A program made the translations under genes and the position numbers. This document shows positions 22,141-36,344 of a stretch of 64,000 nucleotides of DNA, one piece after another. Positions within the stretch are counted from its first letter, which is position 1, and every line of letters begins with the position of its first letter. Source of the stretch: Raja brachyura (taxonomy: Eukaryota); the NCBI GenBank assembly GCA_963514005.1, contig OY740783.1:119846001-119910000 (forward strand), written 5' to 3'. The notes beneath the pieces were generated by a model. That model was not told where the DNA came from. It worked only from the letters and a program-made list of their open reading frames with translations, and ran no database searches.

Positions 22141-22908
22141 CAGAGCTGCCAAGTCGTACAGATTTTCCGTATTTTGTCTGGAAATGCGATCAGAATACGG
22201 ATGTACGGATTTGCTTTGTAAAATACGGATTTTTTAAAAATCAGCCCCACTTCCTGTTTCATCTTGCTGCTTAAATGCAAGGATATAAAAAGTCATACTG
22301 TACCTCTAAAAATTATAGCAGATTAAATCTATTAGTATTTTAAATTTCAAGATCTGGATGATTATTTTTGTAAGCTTTGATCTGCCTGTCCCAATCCAGG
22401 TTTAAACAGCGCTATCAGTTTAATTCGTGGGAATTTAACGAACAACGCTATGGGTTCTAAAAATAGCGCTCCCAGCTGGAGCGCTATTGCCTTTACACAT
22501 AGTGCTATGGCCACAGCGCTATGAGTCAGACTTTTAGAGGAGAAAGGAAATAAAAGAGGGAGGGAGGAAAAAGGGAAGGAGGAAGGGGGGGAGAGGGAGG
22601 GAGAAAGAGTGGGAGGGAGAGGGTGGGAAAGAGCGAGGGAGGGGGAGGCTTCCTAAATGGCTTCCACATCATCATCTGGTGCTAAAAGCAGGAAGCAGCT
22701 GTTCAAACAGCAGTATACAAAGAGATGGCAATGAATGCACTGCGTAGAAGACATGTCAATTGATAGCAAAGTTATCTATTTATGACCACACATAAATAAC
22801 ACATTTTTCAGCAAAATGGCACCGCGTGAAAATTCTGATTTCCTCAGCAAAATACTGATTATCAGGTACTAGAATACTGAAATGCTCTGACAAAACTTGG
22901 CAGCTCTG
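22141..22908. mobile_element. Non-autonomous DNA transposon (hAT-like termini)
   Basis: Perfect 14-bp TIR cagagctgccaagt / acttggcagctctg; flanks ctcata and ctcatg. Confidence 0.7.
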
Positions 22909-24112
22909 CTCATGTGGTGTGGATTTGCGTTATAGAGTCATAACGAAATACAGCAGGTAAACATTTTCTCTAATATAAGGATATGGTAACATTGGAATCT
23001 CACCAAAGAAGATTCACCAGGCTAATTTCTAAAGTGAAAAGGTTGTCCTTTCAATGGAGGCTATACAGTTTGTTTTGATTTCTTGGAGTTTCGAAAAAGG
23101 AAGGGTGATCTTACACGTTTAAAATCCAATGGGAGTTCACTGGTCATTTAAACTGAAGGTGTGCAGACATTTTTTCTCTTGGTGATTAGTGAGTGTCTGT
23201 AATTTTCTGCCTCAAAGATGGTGGAGGTCAGATCATTAAATATGTTTAAAGTGGTGATAAGTATTTGAAAGATCGACAAATTGAGGATTATGGGGAGCTG
23301 GTACAGAAGAGGAGTTGAGAACAGCATAGATCAGTTATAATATTAAATGGTAAGGCAGGTTTGAAGGCTACACGTCGTGGCCAATTTATCCCCCAACTAG
23401 CGCCTTAGGAACAAGGGAGGAAACTGGAGCATCTTGAGGAAACCCATGAGGTTGTAGGGAGAATGTGCAAACACTACCTGCTGTCAGGATTCAACCCAGG
23501 TCTCCAGAACTGAGGCAACAACTCCATGTGCTGCGTCACTGTGCTGCCTGAATTTATGTTTCTGTTTGTCATTGTGGAGAGGATGTGCATGGCAATTAAT
23601 TGATTTGCATCTGCCTTTCATAACACCAGCAGGTCTGAGTGTTCAATCAGCTATTTTTTTTTAGTAAAACCCTTCTGCTGGAGGAATTCAGCAGGTCGGG
23701 CAGCATCTGTGGAGGGAAATGTGTGAATGGAACTTGGATGTTGTGAATGATATGAAGGGGCTGTGCTTGAAAATTTATGATAAAATGCTAAGGAAAGAAA
23801 TGTATCCGTACTAGTTCAGAATGCACAGTTTGAATGGCCACCAGAAATGAAAGAGTAAAAATGTTGCCAGAAAGAATGAAGAAAATGCAGATAAACTGGA
23901 AACAACAACATTTAAATGGAGAAACAAGGGACTGCAGGTGCTGGTTGACAAAGAATATACAAAGTGCAAGAGTAACATAGTGGGTCAGGCAGCAAATCTA
24001 GAGAATATGGATAGGCGACGGTTCAGGTCAGGACACCTTTGTTCTGATTCTGACAATTTAGACTGATTCTAAATTGACATTTTTGTTATTAATATTTGAC
24101 ATTTTTCAACAG

Positions 24113-24555
24113 CTGACTGATGATGCAAATGGTATAAAAGCCAAGAAGAGTAGTTTGGCCAAAGAACTAACTTCAATAAATGTCCAAATAGAACAACTGA
24201 TTAACGAGGAGCTTCCTGATCTGATTGTTGAGAACGCACAACTCTTAAATATGCCAGTTGTGAAAGGTAATTTTGACCTGCAGATGTCTCGCCAAGATTA
24301 CTGCACCTCCAAGCAGGATGAAATTGCAAGTCAGCTGATCAAACAGAAAGCTCGATTTGAACTACTTCAACTCGCATATGAAATCGAACTGTGTAAACAT
24401 AGGGAAACCCATCGGCAGCTCGAGAATCTGGCCAAGAACCTTAATCAAAGCAGAGAAGACATTGTGAAGCGTTTGGAGATTATGTCTGATAAGTCTCTAT
24501 TGCCAAGTAATAAACAACAGACTTTAATTGATTCAAGTGATACCACTACTGCCAG
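24113..24555 (+). CDS. HAUS3: HAUS3 coding exon 2
   Basis: ENAQLLNMPVVKGNFDLQ..RQDY..KQKARFELLQLAYEIEL. Acceptor caacag|, donor AG|GTAGG, 443 nt, phase 0 to 2. Confidence 0.96.
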
Positions 24556-24789
24556 GTAGGAAGGTCAAACATTTTTGTGCTATTCTATGTCTAATCTGTA
24601 GCAACTGCAACGCAGAGATTGAGTATCAAAATGCCACCTTGACAAATTGTAAAAATGAGCAATATGACTGGCTATTCATAGCTTAGTAATGCAATGTCAA
24701 GAAACTTGTCGGTTGCCCACATTGTGCTCTGATAGATTTTAACCGTATCACTGGTTATTATTCATTGCCAATATTATGACTGAAAGGAA

Positions 24790-27075
24790 GGGATTGATTG
24801 GATATAGTCTTCATGGCTTTGTTTATGGAAAATCCCATCCCATTATTATTTTTTTTTAGGTGGTAATAAAGTATATTAGTGAGTGGAGTTGGTAGATGTC
24901 ACGTGTGGAGACTTTAGTAAGGCCTTTGAAGAGGTACTGCTTGGCAGGTTGGTACAAAGTGTTGGAGTCTGTGGCAGGCAGGCAGGCAAATTGGATACTG
25001 AAGCACCTTGGTAAATAGGAGATAGAGGGTAGTTTTTCTCATTGAAAGATTGTCAGTGGTGTACTACAAGGATCATTGCTTGGACCTTTGTTTGTGATAT
25101 ACATTATGAACTTGGATATGAATGTAGAAGTTATATAGATGATACCTAAATTGGTGGTGACAAAGATGGTGAGGAACGTTATTTAATATTCTGGCGTGAT
25201 ATGGCTTGGCTAGAAATTTAGTCGGGACAATGGCAAATAAAATTTAATCCTGACGAATGGCATGTGATGCATTTTGGGAGGGTAAATGAATGTGAATCAT
25301 AATCAGATTTTATTCGCCAAGTATGTTTTGCAACATACGAGGAATTTCACTGGCCAGGTCAGTCATACAATTAAAAGCACCAGACTCGAACAGAACATCC
25401 ACCACAGTTACTCCTACACATTCCTCACTGTGATGGAAGGCAAAATAAAATTCAAGTCCTTCCCTTGTGTTCTTCCTTGGTCGGGGGCCTCGAGCCCCCG
25501 TTAACGGGATGATCTTGACTACCGTAGCCGGTGGCGTGCGGGCTCTCCGCGTCGAGGCGTTCAGCTCCCGCATCGGGGGGATGTCAGTTCCCGCGCCGGG
25601 CGATCAAACCTCACGTTGGGGCTGGTCGAACCTTCTGCGGCGTTGGAGCTCCCGATTTGTCTCTCCCGAGACTTCGAGCCCTTGATGGTAAGTCCGCAGG
25701 CTGTGGTGGGAGCGATCCCAGGCAAGACGACAGTCTGAGGCGGCTTCCAGCTCCAGCAATGGTAGGCCGCAGAGCCCAGAGAATGTGATCCAAAAAATGA
25801 TCACATCTCCGGGAAGGTAAGAGCTTGAAAAAAGTTTCCACTGATTTACTCCCCCACATAAAGCAAACATAAAACAAACCGGAGTACATTAAATCAAGCT
25901 TTTAACAAACACTGAAAATAACAAAAGATGAAGACAAGGCTGGCCATCTCCCCGGTGCCCCTGGTGGTCTCTTCTATTGCTATATCTATTCTGTAGCAAC
26001 TACAATACAGATTCAGTATCAAAATGCCACCCTGACAAATCGTAAAAATTGTAAAAAGATTGAATAGAGTTTGAGTCTGGGATTCCCTGCCTCAGAGGGC
26101 AGTGGATACTTTCAAGAGATCTAGATAGGGCTCTTAAAGATAGCGGGGGATATGGGGAGAAGGCAGGAATGGGGTACTGATTGGAGATGATCAGCCATGA
26201 TCACATTGAATGGCGGTGCTGGCTTGAAGGGCCGAATGGCCTACTCCTGCACCTATTGTATATTGAATGTAGGATATACAGTAAATAGTAGTGTCCTAGG
26301 CAGTTTAATAAACAGAAGGCATCTCGGGTTATAAGTCCATAGATCACTGAAGGTGGCAGCACATCTGGGTGGTGAGGAAGGATGGGATGCAAGCCTTCAT
26401 CCGGGTGACATAGTTGTCATGTTACAACTTTTTCAAACATTGTTAGGCAATGGAGGCATGAGGAGCTATAGGGTAGATAAGGTGGTTAAACGGGGTTTTG
26501 GCATATTGGCCTTCATCAGTCGGAATATTGTGTTTAGAGTTTGGAAGGTCATGATGTAGTTATATAAGACGTTGGTGAGGCCACATTTAGGATATTGGGT
26601 TCAGTTCTGGGCACCCTGTCATAAGAAAAAAAAATTGTCAATCTGAAAAGGGTACAGAGAAGATTTAAGATGATGTTGACGGGATTCGAGGGTCTGAGCT
26701 ATAGGGAGAGGTTGAGTAGGCTGGGACTCTATTCCTGGGGGTGCAGGAGGATGAGGGGTTATCTTATAGAGTCATATAAAATCATGAGAGGAATATATTG
26801 GGTAAATGCACAGAGTCTCTTGTCCAGAGCAGGGGAATCAAGGACCAGAGGACATAAGTTTGTGAAGTGGAAAAAGATTTAGTAGGAATCTGAGGGGTCG
26901 CTTTTTCACACAATGGATGGTGAGTGTATGGAATGAGCTGACAGAGGAGGCAGTTGAGGTGGAGACTACCACAATGTTTAAGAAACAATTGGACAAGCAC
27001 ATGGATAGGGCAAGTTTAGAGGTATATGGGCCAAACGCATGGGACTAGTGCAGCTGATACATGTTGGCTATGACT
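24790..27075 (+). mobile_element. Old CR1 LINE RT fragment, interrupted at 25294-26263
   Basis: Degenerate DFSKAF, SGVLQGSLLGP and GLSYRERLSRLGLYS motifs. Repeat tgaatgt at 25287-25293 and 26264-26270 brackets the insert. Confidence 0.75.
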
Positions 27076-27874
27076 GATGTCCAGATGTTGGTATCTTGAG
27101 CAAAACACAAAGTGCTGGAGGAAGAAGAAGGGTCCCAACCAGATACATTATCCGCCATTCCCCCCTTCAGCACTTTGTATATTGTTTAGGCCATACCTGC
27201 AGGAGGTGGATATGCTGCATTTTAATTATAAGGAGAGACTGGATAGAGTTAATTTTGTCTCAAATTCAATTAAACCTCAACCAGAATGATTCTCTTATAA
27301 TAGAAAGGTATGAATCCTACAATTTTTTTAATATGTCACCAGTTTATTTTACACTGATGGGTTACTATTGAAATTCTACTTGATGGGATGTTCAAATTAT
27401 CGTGTTAATTTATGAATAGTATTGGAAAATTAACAGTTTTCTTTTTAATTGAGGCTTTTCTGTCATTCAGTGAGATAATTGGTGCACTGCAGTAAGCTAA
27501 ACATTCTTCACCCATCATTCATTTAAAACAGTTATTGAAAAACAAACTTTGATTTAGCCTTATCCATCATTGCACAACAAAAGTTAATCTTGTGTAATCC
27601 TCTGCCAACCAAGTGTTATTTCCTTCATCCTGGCACTTTCATCAGAGTTTGATAGAATTTGTGTGACGTTACCAGGAAGCACCATTGTTTCCCTTCCAAT
27701 AATAAATTCCAGGCCATTGTTATTTCATGCAGTTTTTATTTCATGAGTTGGTGCATATGCTGGAGTTGTTCCTTGATTTTATGTATTATCTTGCTGAAAC
27801 GTAGCATGCAGTGTTGTTGAGTTATTTTCATCATGTCTAGTTGTAAATGTTTTTCCTTTCATTCTTTATTTCAG

Positions 27875-28100
27875 ACTTGCTGAGATTTTAGTGGGAGATG
27901 ATGAGCAGCAGCCGTTCAAAACATACAGTGGTCTAGAAGAGGGAGCCAAAAAGCTTCAGAAGGAAGTAGTTTGTTTAAAGGACCAGTTAAAAGCAACAAT
28001 GCACGATCAGTCTTTCCTGCGGTTAACACTAGAATCTGACATCGAGAAACTTCAGAGTGTTATGTATACTGGATCCAAGCAACTTTTACTTCACTCTGAG
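27875..28100 (+). CDS. HAUS3: HAUS3 coding exon 3
   Basis: (R)LAEILVGDDEQQPFKTYSGLEEGAKKL. Acceptor atttcag|, donor GAG|GTAATG, 226 nt, phase 2 to 0. Confidence 0.93.
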
Positions 28101-28982
28101 GTAATGTATTTCTTTGTCAAGTTGTTATTCTGTTTGTATTTCTTCATTCAAAAGCTGCCGTTTACATTGCGATTTGCACACTGCCACAAGCCTACGTCGG
28201 AATTATTTATTGTAGCTTTACACTTAATTTGGAAGAATGGATGTGAATTTGCAGACCCTTTTATTGTCACATGAACCATGAAGTGTATAGAAATAATACA
28301 CTGAGACAGTATACAAGGGTCGACATATTTGTCACCGTTTACTCCAGTATTTTGTTTCTTTCCTTGGTAAAACAACATCTGCAGGTTCTTGTTTCTGCAA
28401 ATAAATTAACCATTAAGTTTTTCTCCAAAACACACCACCAGAAACAGTTAATTCCCTTTTTCATTGTCAAATTAAAAAGTATTTAAGTTTACGCGGGTTG
28501 ACAGGTTTGGGGCCTTTTTCAAGTCCCAGTAAGTGGAGGATTATTATCCTGACCATAAAGGCCCATTGTGCTGGGGGTGTTGCAGGGTTGTACTGGCCAA
28601 ACATAGCCATTGATGTCCTCCACTACTGTTCCACCGCTCTGTACAGCTACAGGATGCGTCCTGTCCACGCACTTGGCCTCTGAGTGAGGCGCACGATCCA
28701 GCAGAGCCCCAGGCTGCTGCAGGGCCTCTAACTAACGTAAAAACAGTAATTTATCCTGACGCACTCGCTCTTTTGTTTGCTATCCAACCCTGCATCGGGG
28801 CTGGGTTACATCACCCTTCAACGCAATTAAGTCATGCCTTTTATGCGCCGCTATATCAAATGTCTTGAAAATCTCTTTTAATGCATATACTGCTACCCTC
28901 CTCTTATCTGCCTTGCTTATTACAGCTTAAAAATTACTTCCGTTTTTTATACACCATTTAACTTTCATAAAACTGATTTTCT

Positions 28983-29446
28983 TGTAAAATATTTTTTATT
29001 AGAAGTAAATACATATTAAGACGAATTAATATGTGAAAAAAAGAAAAAGAATATATTATTCGTCACATACATTCTTAATATTTTTAAAGTTTACAATCAT
29101 TCTTGTTTGTACTTCTATACTTTTTATTATTTTTAATACAGAAAGTGATAGTGAGAAATAAGAGAAAAATAAAATAAAAATAGAAAATCAATAATGTGAG
29201 TGGAGTATTAAACAAACTATACTTCATTGGAGATATATCAGTGGTCTATTGTATATAATTCTTCATCTATTCCTTCGTTCAGGTTTCAGTCAGGCCCTCG
29301 AACCGAGCCAATTTGTCCCTTTAGATAATCAATAAATGGAGACCATGTTCCTCTAAACTGGTCTAGCCTGTCCAAAAGGACAAGTCTTAATCTTTCCAAA
29401 TGAAGTGTCTCCGACATTTCTGTGATCCACATTTTGGTAGTGGGGG
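28983..29446 (-). mobile_element. 5'-truncated L1 (ORF2 C-terminus + 3' UTR) in the last HAUS3 intron
   Basis: Minus strand encodes KMWITEMSETLHLERLRLVLLD..WSPFIDYLKG, similar to the 6740-6857 end of the full-length L1. 16-bp TSD ataaaactgattttct at 28967-28982 and 29447-29462. Confidence 0.88.
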
Positions 29447-29586
29447 ATAAAACTGATTTTCTAAATGTTTTCCTGTTAATCTCTTAATGGATTTCAAAAT
29501 AAAAATTGCAATGATATTTAATAATAGTATTTAATTGTACAATAGTAATTACCATTGTTACCAATTTAAATTTGTTTATTTTGTAG

Positions 29587-29820
29587 GAACTGTCTGAACC
29601 TCTTCAGAAATTGGAAAGTCAACTGCAGAGACTACCCCAAATCATTGGAAACATAGCTGATGATATCAAATCAAAAAATAAAATGTTGTCAAGCAACTCC
29701 ATTTGTAGAGGCGAGAGAAGTCTGTATGTCCATTTCTTTCAAGATCCTGATCAACTGAAGAAGATTGTGGAGGATTTTGAAAGGAAATTTCAGACTCGCA
29801 GCATCGGATTGGAGAGCTGA
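29587..29820 (+). CDS. HAUS3: HAUS3 last coding exon; spliced CDS 1818 nt = 605 aa
   Basis: ELSEPLQKLESQL...ERSLYVHFFQDPDQLKKIVEDFE. Acceptor ttgtag|, tandem stop TGATGA. Confidence 0.95.
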   Translation, partial: ELSEPLQKLESQLQRLPQIIGNIADDIKSKNKMLSSNSICRGERSLYVHFFQDPDQLKKIVEDFERKFQTRSIGLES

Positions 29821-30135
29821 TGAGTGACCATCAAGTAGAAAACATGACAGAGTGTGAAGGCCCATCTGAATAATAACTTCTCTAACATGATCAATTCTGT
29901 TTATTTGCATAGTAATGTACATTAGAAAACTGAAGCAATCCTAAGTTTGTATCCCATCCACCCAATCATATGATTTATTTATGGACTTTTTTTTTCAAAT
30001 GGCTTTTTGCCTGAAATGTATATAATTTTAACTCTAGTTGATTAAATTGCAACATTGGGCATATCTGTACTGGGCAGAATTCAGTTCTGACATTGAGACT
30101 CAATCTTTTTGTTTTGTGGTTAACAATTTTAGATA

Positions 30136-30213
30136 AATAAAGTATTTCAATCAGGTTACTACATTTCAAATCTTCAGCTGGATAATCTTTTTGGTGACTA
30201 TTGGTAAAATAAA
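30136..30213 (+). terminator. Candidate HAUS3 polyadenylation signals
   Basis: AATAAA at 30136 and 30208, followed by T/GT-rich sequence. Confidence 0.5.
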
Positions 30214-32709
30214 TATGGCATTGCATTCTGCTTTTCCTATTCTAAGATGCATCGCAAAAAATATTTTCAGTCAATTCATTACTGAAGTGTTTTGCTGTTT
30301 GTAGCAAATAGGACTAAAGCTTGCTTGCAATAGTTTTAATATAAAGGCTGGGGATTGGATTGTTGAACCAAAGACAATGACATTAATACCTGGGGGAAAT
30401 TTTAAATTTGTTAATTAAGAAAGTGTTTAGTATAAAGCTATTGAATTGTTTAAAACTGATCATGTGTTTTAGGAAAATAACTTGCACTTCATTGTCTAGC
30501 CTTTGCTTCTCAACCACCAGTGTGGCTAACAACCTCCCTGAATGGCCTACTAAATCATTTGGTTCTGAGGTAATTTAGGGTGGCAGATAAATGTTGATAT
30601 GTGAACAAACAAATAAATAATAGAACAACGATTGTATTTGGAAGTTATACCATGAGCTTAATTTGGCCATATTGCACTGATGGCTCAGTGATGATTCTAT
30701 GCAGAAGTGCTGGCTATCAGTAGTGTGCAAGTCAGCATGTTCTGTACATCTATACGTGTGGACGTACAAAATAATTAACCTGCACCATGCTATAAATCAC
30801 TGCTCCTGGATGTTGAATACACTCATCGGGCTCCATTAATTTTTTAACAGTTAAGTATGGTGTTAATCTCGTAAAAAATATCAGGGTGCCAAAACCTACA
30901 TGCAATACTCCCAACTGTGACATCACCAACATTTTGTACAACTGTAACAAAATCCTGAATTCTATACTCAATTCCCTCACTGCTGAAGGCCAGTGTGCCA
31001 AAAGTCTTCTTCAACATCATTTCTTCATTTAACACAACTTTCGGGAAACAATATACTTGTTCTAGTTAAATCTGCACTCCGATGCTACCCTGGGCATTAC
31101 CATTCACTATGATGGTCTTTGCCTGCTTAGATTCCCATCTCACAGTTGCCTGAATTAATCTCCCAGTTTGCCCAGCTGATCCCGATAATCTGCTGAGTTA
31201 CTCCAGCACTCTGTCTATTTGTAAACCAGCATCTGCAGTTCATTGTGTCTAATGGAAGGATGTTGTTGCATTCTGGATTCATTATAAACTTCAAATTTGT
31301 GAAGTCAGTTGGGAGCTGGTGCTGTTTGATCCAGGCATCAAAAAAACCCCCAACCGATTTTGGACATCTGTGGAGAGAGAAACCAAGTTAACTATGGGTT
31401 GCTTACCTTTTATCAGGCCTGAGGTGTTAAGTGTGTTTGTCTCCAAAGCTAGTCCAAAAGGTGGAAAATATTGAGTTTTATCAAGTCATTTTCTAATTGT
31501 CCTAATATCTGTTAGTCAAATGGATGTCTTCATAATGGGAAAATAATTGTATTATGATTTTAGTTTATTCAGAAAGCAGCCAGTTCTTTCTGGTTGAAGA
31601 CATAATGGACTTAAGTTACCATAGGGAATTTTGCATGGTTGGAGCTCTTAACAGATGTCCAACTGTGTCCTCAGAGAGACATGCCGGATTAGATTGTGCC
31701 TGAGTTGGCCTTCTCATTTTTGCTTCTTGTGGAATCCCCATACCTGCTCCAAACTCGGGAGACCCCCCCCCCCCGGTCAAATATCCTAGTAGTTGTAATC
31801 CATCCAGGTGTAAGCAATGGAAACTGAGCCAAGGCTGGGTTAATGCCATTTTAATACTCACCTCAAGACCAAGAGAGCTGGCCAGCAAATTCTGGACAAG
31901 ATTTGCTGACGACAAAAATGTCTTGATTTCAACAACTTCATGTTTTGAGGTCTTCATATTTTCTGTCATTGGTGCCTAGTTCTGCAGGTGGATGGATCTG
32001 TGCTGAGCAATGCTGCAAAATTGGCTTTGTTATAGAAGACAGGTTGGTGGTGGGCAGGTGTTGGTGGTTGAGGGATGTCAGACCAGAGACCAGAGGAGTT
32101 CTGAAATGATAAGTACAGGAATCTCTGCTGTATCGAGCAATGTGTTGAAAATGTAGGTAGTCTGATGAGTTACTTGACAATGCACCAATTTTAATGTTAT
32201 CTGCAGATTATGAAGAAGGTATAGGAAGGAACTGCAGAAAACTCTGGAGAAAATACTCCAAAGACGTACAGGTTTGTAGGTTAATTGGCTTAGTGTAAAT
32301 GTAAATTGTTCCGAGTGTGTGTAGGGTGGTGTTAATGTGCAGGGATCACTGGTCGGCATGGACTCAGTGGGCCGAATGACCTGTTTCCCTGCTGTATCTC
32401 AACTAAAAAACTAAACTTTTATTTTTATTTAAAAGGAATGGGTCGAGACCCTTCAGACCGTGTCTCTATCTTTGTGAAGCAGATTGTCAGATACAGTATC
32501 AGAGAGATCAGTTGCAAATCTAGATGGAGAAATGGCAGATGGAGTTTAATCTGGACATGTATGAGGTAGTGTATTTTCAAAGGTCAAATGTAAAAAGAAA
32601 GTGTACAATAAATGGTAGAACCCTTAACAACAATATATGGTGAGATCTTGGAATGAGAGTACATAGCTCCCTGAAAGTGTCAACACAAGTAAACAGGGTG
32701 GTTAAAAAC

Positions 32710-32812
32710 TGAACGGAGTCTGAGGAAGGGTCTCGACCCGAAACGTCGCCTATCTCCTTCGCTCCTTAGAAGCTGCTGCACCCGATGAGTTTCTCCAGCT
32801 TTTTGTGTAACC
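32710..32812 (+). mobile_element. 103-bp PLE pLTR/hammerhead mini-insertion inside a CR1 fragment (~32520-33595)
   Basis: CTGAGGA-agggtctcgaccc-GAAAC-GTC core. 16-bp TSD cagggtggttaaaaac at 32694-32709 and 32813-32828. Confidence 0.82.
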
Positions 32813-35800
32813 CAGGGTGGTTAAAAACATCTTTGTCTTTAGTTGGGGACATTGAGTATAAACTTGGCAAGTCATAATGCACCTGTATGTATCATTGGTT
32901 AGGCCAAATTTTGAATGCTATTCTGCTCTGGTTGCTGCCTTACAGGCAGACTACGGAGTGAGTGTAGTAGTTCACCAGGATGCAAACAGCTGCAGATGCT
33001 GGTTTACAAAAAAAGACACAAAGTGCTAAAGTAACTCAGCAGGTCAGACAATGCCTGGAGAAAATGGATAGGTCAGAAGCGTTACTTATCCATGTTCTCC
33101 AGAGATGCCACTTGACTCGCTGAGCTACTCCAGCACTTTTTCTCCTTTTTCCACCAGGATGTTTCCTGAATTGTAGTGTATTTGCTATAAGGAGAGATTG
33201 GACAAACCTGGATTATTTTCTTTGGAGTATTCAAGGCTGTGTGGGTGCCTGATAGAACTATACAAAATTACGAGGGGCACAGATAAGTTAGATGGCCAGA
33301 TTTTGTCTCCGGATTGAAATGTTAATTGTTCGAGGGCATAGGTTAAGGTGAGAGAGGGAAAGTTTAAAGGAGATGTACGAGGCATGTTCTGTAGCAGGTG
33401 ACTGAAACCCACTGTCAGGAGAAGTGGAAGTGCACATAATAGTGATGTTTAAGATGCATTTAGACAGAAATGAACAAGGAGGAAGAGGTGCAGATTGATA
33501 TTGTGCAGGCAGGTGGGATTGGTTTTGATTAGATTAATGCGCAGTTTTTGTGAGTAGAAGGATCTGCTCCTGTGCTGTACTGTTCCATGTTCTAAGGCTA
33601 AATTAATGGTCCAAAATTGGAAAATTTGTGCTGTTATATCTATTTAATTCCAGTACCACACCACAAAGTTAAGATGAGACGACTGAAAAATTATATTCCC
33701 CTTATTTCTCAGTGCTGCTGCAACTTATCCCTATTCACATGCCCATTAAGTCCCCTTTGATTCTGGTTACCATTACCCTTTACAAAATGGTTAATTATAG
33801 TCATTACATTACTTATCAGAATGTTACGTAGGAGGCAACAGGAACATATACCAGCAGGAGGGTCCGAAGAAGGGTCTCGACCTGAAACATCACACATTCG
33901 TTCTCTCCAGAGATGCTGCCTGTCCTGCTGACTTACTCCAGCTTTTTGTGTCTATCTTCGGTTTAAACCAGCAAATGTAGTTCCTTCATACACCTGCAGG
34001 AAATCCACATAGCCAGAGAGAACCTGCAAAGTGCACAATCCCGAGGTTCGTATCGTCCAGGATGTAAGGCAGTAGCACCAGCTGTTGTACCACCATGCTG
34101 TCATACAGCCCACAAATAGGCCCTCGGCACATGCGGCCATCAATTACACATCTACACTAATCACATTAACCAGCATTTGCCTTGCAGCACTTGGGACCTG
34201 AACGATACTGACCTTAGAACTAGATTTTTCAGATATTTTCCATAGATATGTGTGAGCTTCCTGCAGGTGAATGCTCCTATTGCATCGTACATACAATGCT
34301 GGCAGGTTGCTGAATTACTGTAAATTACCTCTTTGTGTAGTATACTTTGGCATTATAAATGCTCATCTAGCAACTAGGTTCCTGTGAGAGTACCTGCTTT
34401 TGTGCAAATTGTGCAATGAATTACAGATTCTAACCATCCTACAGGTGTTTATATTCCTCAGATCCCCTCTAAACCTCTTCATCCTAAATCTATGTCCCCT
34501 TGATTTTGATATCGGAAAAGAGTCTGACTAACTACACTGTATCTCTCTCTGTTCTTAGAATCTTGTTAATGCCTCCATTGTTGGAACTCGATAGTCCTTG
34601 CCTGTGTTGTCTGACTTGATGTCATTGGAAAGTTGCATCTGTTTTGGGATTGGCTTTAGACTGGAATTTCCAAAACATCATTGAAAGGAATGGCCTATCC
34701 TGGGACACTCTGCAACAAATGCCGGGTTTTCCTCACAGATGGTGTAAATGCTGGAATTCCCTGCTCAACAGCACTTTGGGCACCTTCACCAGGACTGCCA
34801 TGGTGCAGCAAAGTAGCCTCCAACCATTTTGTTGCAGGCAATTAGGGATGGCAATAAACCCTGGCCTTGTCAGGGATGTCCAGATCATATACAAATGACA
34901 GATAAACAATCTGCAGGTCTAAGCAAATTGGGAAAGGAAGTTGAGTCCAATGACGCCTGAAGAAGGGTCCCAACCTGAAACATGACCTATCCACCTTCTC
35001 CAAAGATGCTGCCTGACCTGCTGAGTTACTCTGGCACTTGTGACTATCATTGATGTAAACCAGCATCTGCAGTTCCTTGTTATTACCAATAAATATTTAA
35101 TGCTACAACTTGTGGTCCAGATCACATTGTCAAAACGATGCTTAAAGATGATTCTGTAATACCTTATTTGAAGGGGGCAAATTGTAGGCCTTTGGGTACA
35201 AGACAAGGTCTCAGACTAATTGTGTAATTCTTTCAAAAGGGACAAACGAGCCTCTCTATATTGTAAAACTTTATAATCTGGAAGGAAAGGTAGTGAGACT
35301 GGCTTCCTCATGATTAAACCATTTTGCCAGGTTATTTCTAATACCTTCCATTCCAAGCTGGAGAAATAGTAGTTAAAAGGCCAGCAGATGATAATGTTTA
35401 AATTTCTGCCTATTCCTGACATTTACAAGTAGTCACAACCTAGAAGTGTATGACAGTTCTCTTGTGATTGAAACCCTTTGGCCATATAAATGCACTGAAG
35501 ATTTTTTTGTCAGGTACAGGTTAATTATGTATCCTGCTGGCATGTATAAAATAGTAAAACAATTAAACTTGGAAGTCGTGCAACAGAAGGATATTCAGTA
35601 TTTGCCTTGATCCATGGCAATTTGCCCACGTGGCAACACTTCCATAGCAGACGGTAACTCCCTTGCCCTACGCTCATCCCTGGAACATCTGGATTATAAG
35701 GATACTTATGTCAGACTCCCATTAATGGCTATAGCTCGACCTCGAATTCGCCCCTGCAACTGGATCCAGGACTTCCTGACATAACATGACGATAGGTGAC

Positions 35801-36344
35801 TAAACATATTCCATGATAATTGTCAACATCAGTGCCCCTCAAGGATGCTTCTCAGCCTCTATACGCTCATGACAATACAGCAAAATTCTGTGCCCACTCC
35901 ATCAATAATTTTGCAGATGATACCACCGTAGTGGGCCAAATTGTGAGCAATGGTGAGATGGGAGTACAGGAAGGCAATAGAGTGCTTGGGAACATGGTGT
36001 CAAGACAACAACCTCTTTCCAAATGTTACAGTCTATTTTGGTGCTGAAGTGGAAATGGATGAGAGCTCCAATTGCCCAGGTGTATATATCACCAATAATT
36101 TGTCCTTGGCCAACCACATTGAAGAACTGTAGATACACCTAGCTGGACTCATCACAGTCTGGTATGTCAACAACTTTGCTCAAGATTGCAGAGTTAGGAA
36201 GACGGCCCAGTCCATTGCACAAACCATCCTCCCCGTCCATCGACTCCCTGGAAAAGGACCACTTGCACTCCGGTCATTCTTTCCCCTCTTCAGTCGTGCG
36301 TACAATATCAATTCTTGATCCTCTCCACCCACACTATAGTCATC

